Positions 1 to 12,939 of a DNA stretch of 64,000 nt are shown in pieces. The position numbers were made by a program, and so were the translations under genes. Each line of letters begins with the position of its first letter. Position 1 is the first letter of the stretch. The notes below the pieces were generated by a model. The model saw only the letters and a program-made list of their open reading frames with translations. It was not told the DNA's origin and did no database searches. Source of the stretch: the human T2T-CHM13v2.0 reference genome, Homo sapiens. The stretch lies in the NCBI RefSeq assembly GCF_009914755.1, contig NC_060925.1, one strand, 5' to 3'.

Positions 1-345
1 ATTGGTAATTTATAAAGAGAAGTAAGTGGTTTATTTTGGCTCATGTTGTGCAGGCTGCATACGAAGCATGGTGCCAACATATGCTTCTGGTAAGGCCTCA
101 GGAAGATTTCACTCTGACAGCAGGCAGAGGGGAGCAAGCCTCACAAGGGAGCAGGACTGAGCGAGGAGGAGAGGGGCCAGGCCCTTTCTAACAATCAGAC
201 CTCAGGATAACTAATAGGGCACCAAGCCATTCATGAGGGATCCACCCCCATGACCCAAACACCTCCCACCAGGCCCCACCTCCAACACTGGAAGTCACAT
301 TTCAACATGAGAGATTTGGAGAGGACAGGTATCCAAACCATATCA
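1..345. mobile_element. MaLR LTR (MST-type), truncated by window start
   Basis: MST motifs cccccatgacccaaacacctcccaccaggccccacctccaacactgg and terminal ccaaaccatatca. Confidence 0.85.
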
Positions 346-424
346 CACTCCTCTTTGAAATCAGTGTTGTCTCTCTCCTCCCTAATCAATAAAATCTCTC
401 AATTGAGAAGGCTCTCTTTGACCC

Positions 425-764
<340 letters not shown>

Positions 765-1084
765 TGATCCTTTTCCTCTTCATTCTATCTCTTTCATCAT
801 CCTTAAATGTTTGAATTTCCATGTTGCTGATACACAAAACACTAATACTCTTCAGCTTCCTTAACTCTACTATATCCCCTACTTCTACGCTAACATCCTG
901 CATGAACTGAAATGCCCCTAAGATCTCTCTGAAACCACACTCTCTGACTAGGGCCTTTGCTCTTCTTTCCTCCCTATCAAAGTTAAATCTACTCCATGTC
1001 TTCATTTTCACCTCTAGTTCTTCAGCATTCTTTCTTTTTATCTCTCATTTTATCTGTTGTGTCCAGGCTGGTCTTCTTTTCTTC

Positions 1085-1600
1085 CCATTTAAATATAAAT
1101 TTTACCATCTCAAATTGAACTCACACATTCACTCTCCCAAATCTGCTGCCCCTTCTGTATTCTCTTACTGGATGGCACTTTTACTCACTAACATGCTCTG
1201 ATCAGAAAACTGGATTTCACCCTGTCCTTCACCCCTAACTTTTAACCAGTCACTAAGTACAGATCTGAGTTTCTAACGTTTTCTTGAATTCTTTCCCTCA
1301 TTAACACTTTTCTTATGGAAGCTAAGTAATCTCTGGATTTATCTATTACACTTCTTCCTAGCTTGCCTCCCTCCTTCGTTCCACTCCCTACACTGCAGCC
1401 AGAAGCGATCTTTCTTAAAGACACATTTGATCATGTGACTCTGATTTAAAATTCTTCGGTGAATTTTCACTGCCTTCAAGACAGTCTCCACATTCTTTCC
1501 CATGCCCGTGGTCTGTCCTAATGTGGCTCCCTTTTGCCCTCCAAGGCTGCTGCTTTTTTCCTCCTCTCGCGCCCTGTCTCCCAGTACACTCAGCTATCGT
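1085..1600 (+). mobile_element. L2 relic
   Basis: Degenerate L2 3' motifs (cactgcagccagaagcgatctttcttaaa...gatcatgtgactc); boundaries approximate. Confidence 0.6.
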
Positions 1601-1624
1601 CAAAGGCAGGAGGGCTTAGGGGGT

Positions 1625-1860
1625 GAACATGGGCTTACTAGAGTTAGCCAGACTTAGATTCAACTTCTGGCCCCACCATTCACTGGCTGTGTGACCTTGG
1701 ACGAGTTACTTTAACTTCTCTGTGCCCCAGTTTTTCCTCATCTGTAAAATGGAGAAATATGTGACTCCTAGGATTGTGAATGAGGACTGCATTTTAAAAT
1801 GTATATTGGTTATCTTATACAAACCCAGGCAGGCACAAAATATTTCTCAATAAATAGCGG
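1625..1860 (+). mobile_element. MIR
   Basis: MIR core ctgtgtgaccttggacgagttactttaacttctctgtgccccagtttttcctcatctgtaaaatgg. Confidence 0.85.
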
Positions 1861-2056
1861 TGGTGGTGATAACCCTGCTGATTATCCCATCCTCTCTCCA
1901 GCCTCTGAGTCTTTGTATGTGCCATGTGCATTCTTCTCTGCTCCACTGCCTGTATATTACTTTAGCCTTACTTATCTTAGCCTACATGGTACTCCCTCTA
2001 GGAAACCTCTTATCTCTTCTGTCTAGATTCGATGTACCCTTTATATGCCTTTATAG

Positions 2057-2268
2057 CAGGGTTTTTCAACCTTGGTGCTATTGACATTTTGGGCTATGTA
2101 ACTCTTTGCTTTGGATGCTGTTCTGCACATTGTAGGATGTTTAGAAGCCTCTACCTACTCAATGCTAGTAGCTTACCCTCCTCCCCCAAGTTGTGACAAC
2201 TGAAGATGTCTCCATACATTGCCAAATGTCCTCTGGTGGGCACATTTACCTCCATTTGAGAACCACTA
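2057..2268 (-). mobile_element. MER20 (hAT-Charlie) DNA transposon relic
   Basis: Terminal inverted repeats cagggtttttcaacc...ttgagaaccact and internal attgacattttgggc, gttgtgacaac motifs. Confidence 0.85.
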
Positions 2269-2329
2269 CTTATATAGCATTTATCAAAATGTATTATTAT
2301 TGCTTGTTTGTCTGTATCCTTCATTAAAC

Positions 2330-3170
2330 TTTTAAAAAAATATTTCAGCTTTTAGTTTTGAAAGAGGGGTACATGTGTAGGATTGTTACATATGGTGGAC
2401 CCAGGTATTGAGCATAGTGCCCCATAGGTACTTTTCCAGCCCATGCCCCCCTCTCTCCTCCCCCAAGTTGTCTGCAGTGTCTGTTGCTGCCACGCTTATG
2501 TCCATGTGTACACAATGTTTAGCTCCCATTTATAAATGAGAGCATATGGTGTTTGGTTTCCTGTTACTGCATTACTTTGCTTAGGATTATGTCTTCCAGC
2601 TACATCTATGTTGCTGCAAAGCACATGATTTCATTCTTTTTTATGGATGTATACATTCCCTGGTGTATATGTACCACATTTTCTTTATCCAATCTGCCAT
2701 TTATGGGCACCTAAGTTGATTCCATGTCTTTTTTTTTGAGATAGAATCTTGTTCTGTTGCCCAAGCTGGAGTGCAGTGGTGTGATCTTGGTTCACTGTAA
2801 CCTCCGCCTCCAGATTCAAGTGATTCTTCTGTCTCAGCCTCCCGAGTAGCTGGGATTACAGGTGTGCACCATCACGCCTGGCTAATTTTTGTGTTTTTAG
2901 TAAAGACAGCGTTTTGCCATGTTGGCCAGGCTGGTATTGAACTCCTGACCTCAAGTGATCCACCCGCCTCCGCCTCCCAAAGTGCCGGGATTACTGGCGT
3001 GAGCCACCATGCCCGGCCTCTATGTCTTTGCTATTGTGAATAATGCAGTGATGAACATTTGAGTTGATGTATCTTTTTGGTATAATGATATATATCCCTT
3101 GGGGTATATACCCAGGAATGGGATTGCTGTGTTGAATGGTAGCTCTATATTAAGTTCTTTGAGAAATCTC
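2330..3170 (-). mobile_element. L1 3' end (L1P-type), interrupted by an Alu
   Basis: Reverse L1 3'UTR/ORF2 end (gtgtatatgtaccacattttctttatcc; cccaggaatgggattgctg) on both sides of the Alu. Confidence 0.85.
2729..3018 (-). mobile_element. Alu (AluS) nested in L1
   Basis: Full reverse Alu; TSD tc(c/t)atgtcttt on both sides. Confidence 0.95.
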
Positions 3171-3186
3171 TGTTAAACTTTAAAAT

Positions 3187-3627
3187 TGTCACCAAGCCAA
3201 GGGCTTGCTTCCCTATGCACATAGAAGCCAATGCTACGGCACTGGCTTTTAAGAAAAGAAAAGGCTTTATTGCAAGTTGACTGGCAAGGAGGCAAGAGGC
3301 CACACTCAAATCTGTCTCCTCGTTCTGCGGCAAGATCAGGAAGATTGGTTTCAGAGGTGTTTCTAAGTAGCCCCAGGTGATACCAGTGCAGCCAGTCTGC
3401 CAGGGTGGTGGTAATCACAATGAGGAGGTTAAACCTCTCATGTACCCCAGAAATATATGCATCTACTATGTACTCAACAAAAATTAAAAATAAAGTAAAA
3501 ACAATTAGGAGGTTAAAGCTTTTTCCCATTGCACATGCCTGGACTACATGACTTGCAATTTTGGCTCAGTGCTATCTGTAACAACTTAAACAATGGTTAA
3601 TCAGTCTGCACTAGTCCCTTGGTTACA
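3187..3627 (-). mobile_element. Solo LTR, probably ERV1 class
   Basis: TG...CA termini (tgtcacc...ggttaca), 4-bp TSD AAAT, reverse poly(A) signal tttatt at ~3266. Confidence 0.65.
3434..3500 (+). mobile_element. Extremely 5'-truncated L1 (L1MA-like 3' tip) nested in the LTR
   Basis: catgtaccccagaaatatatgcatctactatgtac + A-rich tail; 17-bp TSD acaat(g/t)aggaggttaaa at 3417-3433 and 3501-3517. Confidence 0.8.
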
Positions 3628-3925
3628 AAATCTCTGGTGTTACGGAATTTCTCCACCCTGATCACTGTTAAATCCGTAGCATCTTGCGTAGATCTCAACA
3701 CATAATAAATAGGTACTCAGTAAATATCCACTGAGGAAGGAAATTGCAACTCAGTTCTCACTAGCACTCTACAGTGCCTTTATTCTTATCTTTCCAGCTT
3801 ACCTACTTTGCCAGCAAAAGTACCCAGTGAAAATTAGGCCCAATCACACTTTTTTTTTTTTTTAATAGCTAGTTCAAGCCTCCCAAGCATTGCTAAAGGA
3901 AGTCATTTAACAAAGCCACTTAATA

Positions 3926-4248
<323 letters not shown>

Positions 4249-5528
4249 CTAGTCACCTTCAGTGGTTGTAGGTACTGTTGAACAATTCTTTTCTCTGCAG
4301 TTGAAGACCTTATATACTCTAGTCAGGAACTCCACTTTCCTCACTTTTCCAACTCCACTGCTGGCACGTCACTTTCTTCGGATGACCTACTTCTCACTTT
4401 ACTAAGATTAGGACCAACTGACAAGAGCCTCCTCAGCATCTTCTCATCCCTCGAATGTCTCCTCTCCTTATTTCTCCTTTCTTTTCTGGCCCTCTTATTT
4501 CCCAAGATGAACATCTTTCTCCCCGTTTTTGATGTCTCCCACTTCTATGTCATCACATTTTTCTTGCATCCTTTATCCTTTTCTCTCCACTGTTTTTCCC
4601 CCTCATCCTGCCCACAGCCTTTGTTTAAGTAAACAAAAAGCAGCTTTCCTGTGATCATCTTTCACTTCGTTTATTACCGTCCATTCCTCATTTCACTGGC
4701 AGACATCTCACAACAGTTGTCCACCCTGGTAGCTTTCCTTTCACTTCTGAGTGCATCGCAGCCAGGCTTTGAACAAACTGTAGCCTGATTTTATGTTACT
4801 GAAGTGCTCGCTTCATGATCACTGGTCACTTCCTGATTACCAAACCCAGTGACCTCATCTCAATCCTCATTGGACTTAAACTCTATAGATTTGGAACCCT
4901 GTTAACTGGCCTATCATAACATACCATCTCTTTCCCTTGATTTAGCTGATATGTTACTCTCATGGGTCCACATTGTACCATTCTTGTCTACTCTTAAGTC
5001 TCTTTTAACTTGTTTCTTGGTTTCCACAAGTCTTAAGTGTGGACGTTCCTCAGAGTTAGTTCCCAGCCCTCCTCCCATGTTGCCTTGACTTCCTGGGATT
5101 CATTTCTCCTCACGTGGCCAAATATTACCAGTGAATACGCCCACATTATGCCTTTAGCTTTAACTGCTCTCCTGAGCCCCAGCCCTACGTGTTTTGCTGC
5201 TACTAGATCTTTTTTTATGGATGATACACTGCTGGCGTCTGAAACTCTACACAACCAAACCGTTCATTGGCTCCGCCTTCCCATCTACCACTCCTTTTCT
5301 TTCTACCATTTTCTCTATGATCGTCTTCAAACAAAGGCATCACCATCTTCACCGCAGTCCTGGCTTGCATTCTTTAAAACATCTCGGTTCTTCCCTATGC
5401 TTGCTCTTGACATTCCATCAGTTCCCAAGGTCTTTCTCTCTCTCTTCAGAGTCAAATTTCTATTTAACTATGCCTACCTTTTCATTCTTATACCACTGCC
5501 CTGGTTCAAGGCTTCACATCTTCACATG

Positions 5529-5693
5529 CTTTTTTTTTTTTTTTTTTTTTTTCAGAGACAGGGCCTCACTCTGTCACCCAGGCTCAGTGGTGCGGTCATA
5601 TCTCACTACAGCCTTGCACTCCTGAGCTCAGCTGATTCTCCCTCCTTAGCCCCGCAAAGTGCTGGGATTACAGGTGTGAGCCACCGTGTCCAG
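5529..5693 (-). mobile_element. Alu monomer (FRAM/FLAM-like)
   Basis: Poly-T then a single ~140-bp Alu arm. Confidence 0.85.
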
Positions 5694-6567
5694 TGGTATA
5701 CTTCACGTATTCTTATACCAAGTATGCAGACAATTACAATAGCTTTCTAATTGGTTTCCCTCAAATTTCATCTAATTCCAGCATACTTTTCACAGTGCTC
5801 TCATAACATTTATAGTTCCTGAGTTATAAATCTCCCTGTTTAGGTAGCTCCCCTCTTGCAGTAGAATAAAAGACAAATCTGGCCCCATTCTAACTTTGCT
5901 AGTCTTCTCTTTCACTCTACTCTTTCATGTCACCTTCACTGTTTCCAGAACATGACCTGCAGTTGGCCATTTTCATTGATTTGCACATGCTGTATTTTTC
6001 TGCCTTGTAATAATCTATGAAGTATCTGTTCAATCTATGAGGCTCAACTCAAGTGGCAGTCTTCCTGAAGTTTTCCCCAGCCCCTTCTTGTTTGAATTAA
6101 CTTCTTTTTCCTCTGTATTCCTGTTGATGTGGTGTATAATTTTGGTAGTTGTTTACACAGTTTTCTCCACCAGAAGACCTTGAAATCAGGTCTGTGACAT
6201 CTATCATTGTATTTCACACATGACCATTTACGTCTTAATTAACAATAAATGTTTGTTCAGTGGAAGTCAATTATTATTAATGTGAAATTTGTAATTAATT
6301 TTTTAAAAAATTTAATAACTGAGAGCAAGCAACACTATTGTTCATTAGGAATCTATAGCATTTTCAGTAAATTAGTAATAATGAATGCAAGGACAAAATG
6401 TATTGCAAGTCTAGTACTTTTTATCTAGAAGGTATGTTGAAACACACTAGAATTTTTGCTTTCTAAGTGCATTAAAAAGCCAGGTGGTATACATATTTTA
6501 ATTTAAAACCCAACTACTTATATTACTGAGTGATGAAATGGTTACTTGGTTTAGTTCCTTGACGTTT

Positions 6568-6586
6568 GTTGCCATCTAGTGTGGCA
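6568..6586 (-). promoter_or_regulatory. Candidate CTCF motif
   Basis: Reverse complement TGCCACACTAGATGGCAAC resembles the CTCF core CCACTAGATGGCA; motif match only. Confidence 0.45.
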
Positions 6587-8328
6587 TTTGGGTATCACAT
6601 GCTAAATAGAAGGAATTATATATTTACATTCTTTGTGGCAGTGAAAATGCCTGAGGATTTTATAAGAAAATAAATATATAACTTGAGAAGTATATAATGC
6701 CATGCAAACATTCTTGTGTGGAACTACCTTGGATAAACTCCCTACTCTCACCACTTTCTAGGTCTCTGATTTGGGCAAGTTACTGAATGTCTCAAAGTAC
6801 CAGTTTCTTCAATTGAGTGATAAGAACCAATTAAAATGTATTGAGAGGGTTAAATAATCCATGTATACCACTTAGCAAAGTATCTGGCACCTAGTAGGTG
6901 CTCAATAAATATTTTTGTTTGAAAATGGAAGTTATTTCAATTGGTGATAATTTTAAAAGAGGAAAAGAATTCACCTGGGACTAAATGGAGAGAAAAAGTA
7001 GAGGCTTGTGCAGTCACACCTTGATAAAAAGCTACACGAAGCAGATGAAAAGGTTAACCAGGCCTTAGGCCTGCCTGCTTGTGTTGGAAGGGAAATTGTT
7101 GAGAGGTATGTGTAAAGGCCTGAAGGCACAGGCTGTGGCATGAAGTTACCATAAGCATATCTGTAATGATATAACCCTCTAAGGAAAAAAAAAATTTTCT
7201 TTTTTACTCATAACAACTTGAACAAAGTATGTATTTCCAATTTGCTAAGACCTATCCTGCCATATATCTTTGTGGGTAAGTGGTGTGAACTTTTTAAAAA
7301 AGTTAATTATTATGTATACATAATAATTGTACATATTTATGGGTTACATGTGATATTCTGAAGATTAGTTTTTAAAACAGCAGCCTGGTAGGTTGAACAA
7401 ATATTTACAAAGACTTTTTCTCCCTTTTCAAATATCCAAATTATTCTGTTTCTTGGATTACAGGGAGTCAGAAAGGCAGGAATTAGAAACCTGGATTAAA
7501 AATAAAATCAGAAAAGCATTGACTATTTGGTTATAGTCACAAGGATAGAAAATAACGCTTCTTGATTTGCACATTATCTGTCCCAAAAGAAGTGTAAATA
7601 TCTTGAAAAATGGTACATAGGGATAGACTGATAAATTTCTGGTTAGCAAGGGTTTATAAATTAAAATCAATAGTTTGCATTATTCATAAGTTAGATGTTT
7701 GAAATGTGTTAATCTTTTTAATTTTGTGGGCTTTATTCATAAAAATAAAAATGTTTGTAAGCTTTAAAGTTTATGTTCAAAGGTGTGAGCTGTATATTTT
7801 TCATAAGATCTTAATTCCTTAGTTATGAATTATTCTGTCACAAAGATTTCTTGAAAACTAACCCTAGCAGTTGGGAAGGACTTTTATATGATCTACAATA
7901 GGTTTCCTGTTTTAAAATTTTAGTTGACTAGATATAAATTTTGTTTTCGAAAATATTTTGACTGCCTAAGATAGTAGTGCCTACCCTTTGGCTTAATAAA
8001 ACCAGGACTGGGAATATCAAGTCCAATAAACTGTGTTTGAAAAAAAGTGTTAATATGTCAACACAGAATGACCACAGCTAAAGAAATTTCCCAGAAAAGA
8101 AAAGGTACCTTCAGGAATGAGTCTGCTGGGTGGGGGGAATGTATAATTCCCCAACTTCTCAAGACCTACAGCCATTTCCACCAAGGAAAGGGCCGTGTTC
8201 AGGGAAAGGGAGAGAAGCCAGGACTTGGGAACTACTGAGAGAAATAACAGCCGCAGGCCCCAAATTAACTTTGTCACCTATAAAGATCTATCATTTAATG
8301 GTAATTGCCTGTTTATAGCATTCAGTTA

Positions 8329-8688
8329 CTATAAAATTATAATTTATAATTTTATAGAAATTAAAATTATAATTTATAATTTTATAGAAATTAAAATTAT
8401 AATTTATAATTTTATAGAAATTAAAATTATAATTTATAATTTTATAGAAATTAAAATTATAATTATAATTTTATAGAAATTAAAATTATAATTATAATTT
8501 TATAGAAATTAAAATTATAATTTATAATTTTATAGAAATTTATAATTTTATAGAAATTAAAATTATAATTTATAATTTTGTAGAAATTAAAATTATAATT
8601 ATAATTTTGTAGAAATTAAAATTATAATTTATAATTTTGTAGAAATTAAAATTATAATTTATAATTTTGTAGAAATTAAAATTATAAT
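8329..8688. repeat. AT-rich 30-bp minisatellite with palindromic unit (~12 copies)
   Basis: Unit tagaaattaaaattataatttataatttta repeated, with 29-bp and deleted variants. Confidence 0.95.
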
Positions 8689-9010
8689 CATTTGATGATA
8701 GTTGATTGTTTACTGACCTAGCCTTTGAGAAGTCAGTTATTATGTCTTTACTGAATGGTTATAGGGGTACTCAATCGACAGGGATTCTGAAACTAGGAGA
8801 AGAAACTCTAGAATTAAGAGAGAGCTTTAATGGAGATAGTGTATAAATAATTGTTTACTAGACCCAAATCTTTTAGTATGTGCGGTCCAGTGTGAGAGAG
8901 TTATCTTTAGAAAGAATAAATCATTTTTCTGATTCCAAGTGTTACTACGCTTTTCTGTTTTCTTCATTGTGACCGGACATATACGTTAAAATCAAAGCAA
9001 ATAAAAGTAA

Positions 9011-9333
<323 letters not shown>

Positions 9334-9351
9334 TTAGAAGCTATTTGATAA

Positions 9352-9708
<357 letters not shown>

Positions 9709-10809
9709 AATAACCAGTTTTTAACCTAATATTTTTATTCAGTGTTTTGTTGCCCATTACTCATCATCAGCCATTGGTGGTGGCCATTCCTAATAGAGAG
9801 AAGACCATCCACAAAACCAAGGCCTCAGCAGTGGTTTTGTTTACATGATTTTACAGCTTCTCACTTTGTGCTTTTCACTGTATCATCCTATCTTGGCATT
9901 ACACCTCTTATCCTGCCAGGATTATTTACTGTTGCTTGTTCTTTAGTTGACTGAGTTCTTTGAATTGATTCTGTAGGTGCCTTTCATGGTAGCCTGGTTT
10001 TAGATCTTCAGTCTCTTCTGCTGTTCCTATACTTAATGATGATGACTCCTGAGTTTTTGTTCAGTTGAAAACTTTCTGATTGGATATATTGGTTTATATT
10101 AAGTAAGCGTTTTGTCTATTCATACCAGTAGCATTCATGATATCAGGGAGAGTTATGAACATTTACTCAATTCATGTGAAATATTTTTCACAAGAGCAAT
10201 TACATTTTGAATCACAAAAGTAACTCATTCATATTTCAAGCTCCAAGGGCTTAAATTATAGAAAAAGTATGCCTTTTCATTTATTTTAATATCTAATTTA
10301 AAATTTCCTTTTCCAGGCATTCTCGGCTGGAATTTTGACTTGGGACTAATTCCCTAGAAGAATCACTTTTTACTCATTGTATTTGTTTATTAGTTAATCT
10401 GAGACAACTGAATTTTACCTTTATATTTTATGCCTGGGAGCATAGAAACTTTTCAGAAGAGACCAAAAGAAATTGGAGTTTAATGCTTTCCAGATGAAGA
10501 GAGGAAAATTCACATATCCTAGATATTTATTGTCTGTATTTATTATAGCTTTCACCAGAGGGAAGCATAACTATGCATAAAACTTACAGTGCTTACTAAG
10601 GCCATTTCCATCTCCATTAAAATCAAATGTGACTATGAAATTTCTAATCATACAGCATGTAAGTCACATGAGACCTGGGGTTCTTTCTACCATTTCAGGG
10701 GAAAAGAGAGGTTGTGTGAGGTGGATATTGTACATAAGGGCCACTGGAATAAGACTATAAGATACTATAGTACCTTACTTTTATTAGGATTTTTAAAAAT
10801 TGGGATTTT

Positions 10810-10879
10810 ACTATGCAATCTGTGTATGTAACTAAATTACATTTGTACCCCATATATTTATACAAAAAAAGACCTCCCC
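10810..10879 (+). mobile_element. Extremely 5'-truncated L1 (L1PB-like 3' tip)
   Basis: actatgcaatctgtgtatgtaactaaattacatttgtacccc...A7; 13-bp TSD aaattgggatttt at 10797-10809 and 10880-10892. Confidence 0.75.
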
Positions 10880-11671
10880 AAATTGGGATTTTTGAAGTCA
10901 TATTTCATTATTGGGTGTTATAAATAAAGATATTGTAAAAGTGGCCAAAATGACGTTAGAGATTTTTTATTTCTGGAAATGCAGAGTGGGAAATTTACAG
11001 TAAAGGACAATCATGAACTTTACCAGAAGTGGAAGATCCTTATAAAACTAAGTAGTGAATACTGTCTTGAGTCTTTCCATTTAACTTACGATTATTACAT
11101 AATTTTTACTTCAGTTGTATGTTTAAGGGGAGTGAACTAAATTTTCTCTTAGTTATATTTAAGGAAACTTGATTATTATATAGTATTAAACAAAAGATGC
11201 CTGTGTGTAATGATATATTCAACATTTCATTTTAGTATTTTGATCTATCATTTGAAGTATTCCAATAATTTTTATCCATGAGCAAATAAGAAATCAGTTA
11301 AATTGGATACTTATGTATTTCGTGTAGTATAAACATGATATATAATTGAAAATATTAGAACACTTGGTGTTTCTGGTTCCCTTTTTTAAAATTCTGACTC
11401 ATCTGTGGCCGTCATCAAGGTTCATTACCTGAATTTTGTCATTGATTAATTAATATGGCTTTAATCATGAAAATTGAAATATGTCAATAAATGTAACATT
11501 TGGATACTCTTTTAGGTCAATAAGTGGTATTGATAAACAATAAAAAATTATTCTAATGGGCTTTATAGTGAGTTTTTGCTATTTTAAATATACTTAAAGC
11601 TTAATTATGTCATTTTACCTATATTTTTTCCAAATTCTAACCTCCTCTTTCAATCTGTTCTATCCTGGCAG

Positions 11672-11824
11672 GCTTTAATCCAGTGTGACCAGTTGAGGAA
11701 GGAGCTGGAGAGGCAGGCGGAGCGACTTGAAAAAGAACTTGCATCTCAGCAAGAGAAAAGGGCCATTGAGAAAGACATGATGAAAAAGGAAATAACGAAA
11801 GAAAGGGAGTACATGGGATCAAAG
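11672..11824 (+). CDS. SDCCAG8: SDCCAG8 internal coding exon (likely exon 10), 153 nt, phase 0/0: ALIQCDQLRKELERQAERLEKELASQQEKRAIEKDMMKKEITKEREYMGSK
   Basis: Pyrimidine tract + CAG acceptor ending 11671; AAG|GTACTT donor at 11825; E/K/Q/R-rich coiled-coil peptide recognised as SDCCAG8; joins in frame to the next exon. Confidence 0.96.
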
Positions 11825-12939
11825 GTACTTAAGGACTCTGCTGTTATCCACATTGCAGAAGAAAGGTTTTTTATGATGCCATTGATGATTCCATAGGCTG
11901 GAGTTCTTGAATGAACTTTAAATTTTAAAATCGTTATTATATAAGTAGTTAAATTTCGTATAATTTAGAATTCATAAAAATGTTTTATCTTTTCATATAT
12001 TTCTCAATAGTTTATGCTGATCTTTTCAAATAAAATAATCAGTTAGATTCCATACAATGAAATTACAAAATTTACTTTAAATCCTGCCATTCTGTTGGAT
12101 TCCCTCTCTCGTGTTTCCCAGAGTCGTGCTATGAAGATACCCAGATTTTATTTCAACCTTGGCTAAATCAAGGAGAGATGACTTCCCCTGCATTATCTCC
12201 TACCCCTAAATTAAATATGCAGAAGATGAAACACTTGTAAGGAACTGAGTAACCAAGAAAAAGTGATTATGCACTCTGTATGAAATCAGTTCTGACAAAT
12301 TACATGATGAATAATGACGGTAACCAGATGAAGGGAGAGATTTAAGGCAAAAGGAACAGATAACATGAAACAAGCAGTGTTTGAAAAGGAGTTCACAAAC
12401 TAGAATACAGAGTTGAGTGGGACCTAGCTTTAAAATTGCTAACTAGACTCGAATTGAGCAAGTTGTGGTCCATCAAGTAACCAAAACAACTGTGTTACAT
12501 GTTTGTTTTTAAAAGTGGACTCACAGCTTGTACTCTAAATGCTATGTTGTTATCAGATTCAATGTGTGATAATTAACTTATTCAGTAAGTATATACTGAG
12601 TATGTGCTGTGTGCAAAGCAATGTGGAGGCCTAAAGATATGTAAAGAGAAAAATCACAACTTCTGCCCTATGAGTTTTAAGTCTTAATAAGAGTAAACTC
12701 AGGCATTTCCTGTAAATGTCCTTGTCTTCTTATCCATTTTTAAAAATTGTGTCTGTCAAAACCCTACTACCTACCTTCTCTGCCCTGGATTGGTGATCTC
12801 TGCTGGTAAAAATCACACAGCCTTGCAGATGACATGGCTGTAGACTCCAGGTCTTCGGTGTCCACGGTCCTTTCAGTGCTTTCTAGCAGTCCTCTTTTGC
12901 CTTCCTCTCTCTTATTCATTCCACACTCAACAGATATTA

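Noticed and set aside
5037-5750. Longest ORF in the track (237 aa)
   Set aside because: Non-ATG start, pyrimidine-rich decayed-repeat composition, poly-Phe from an Alu tail and an Alu-derived C-terminus.
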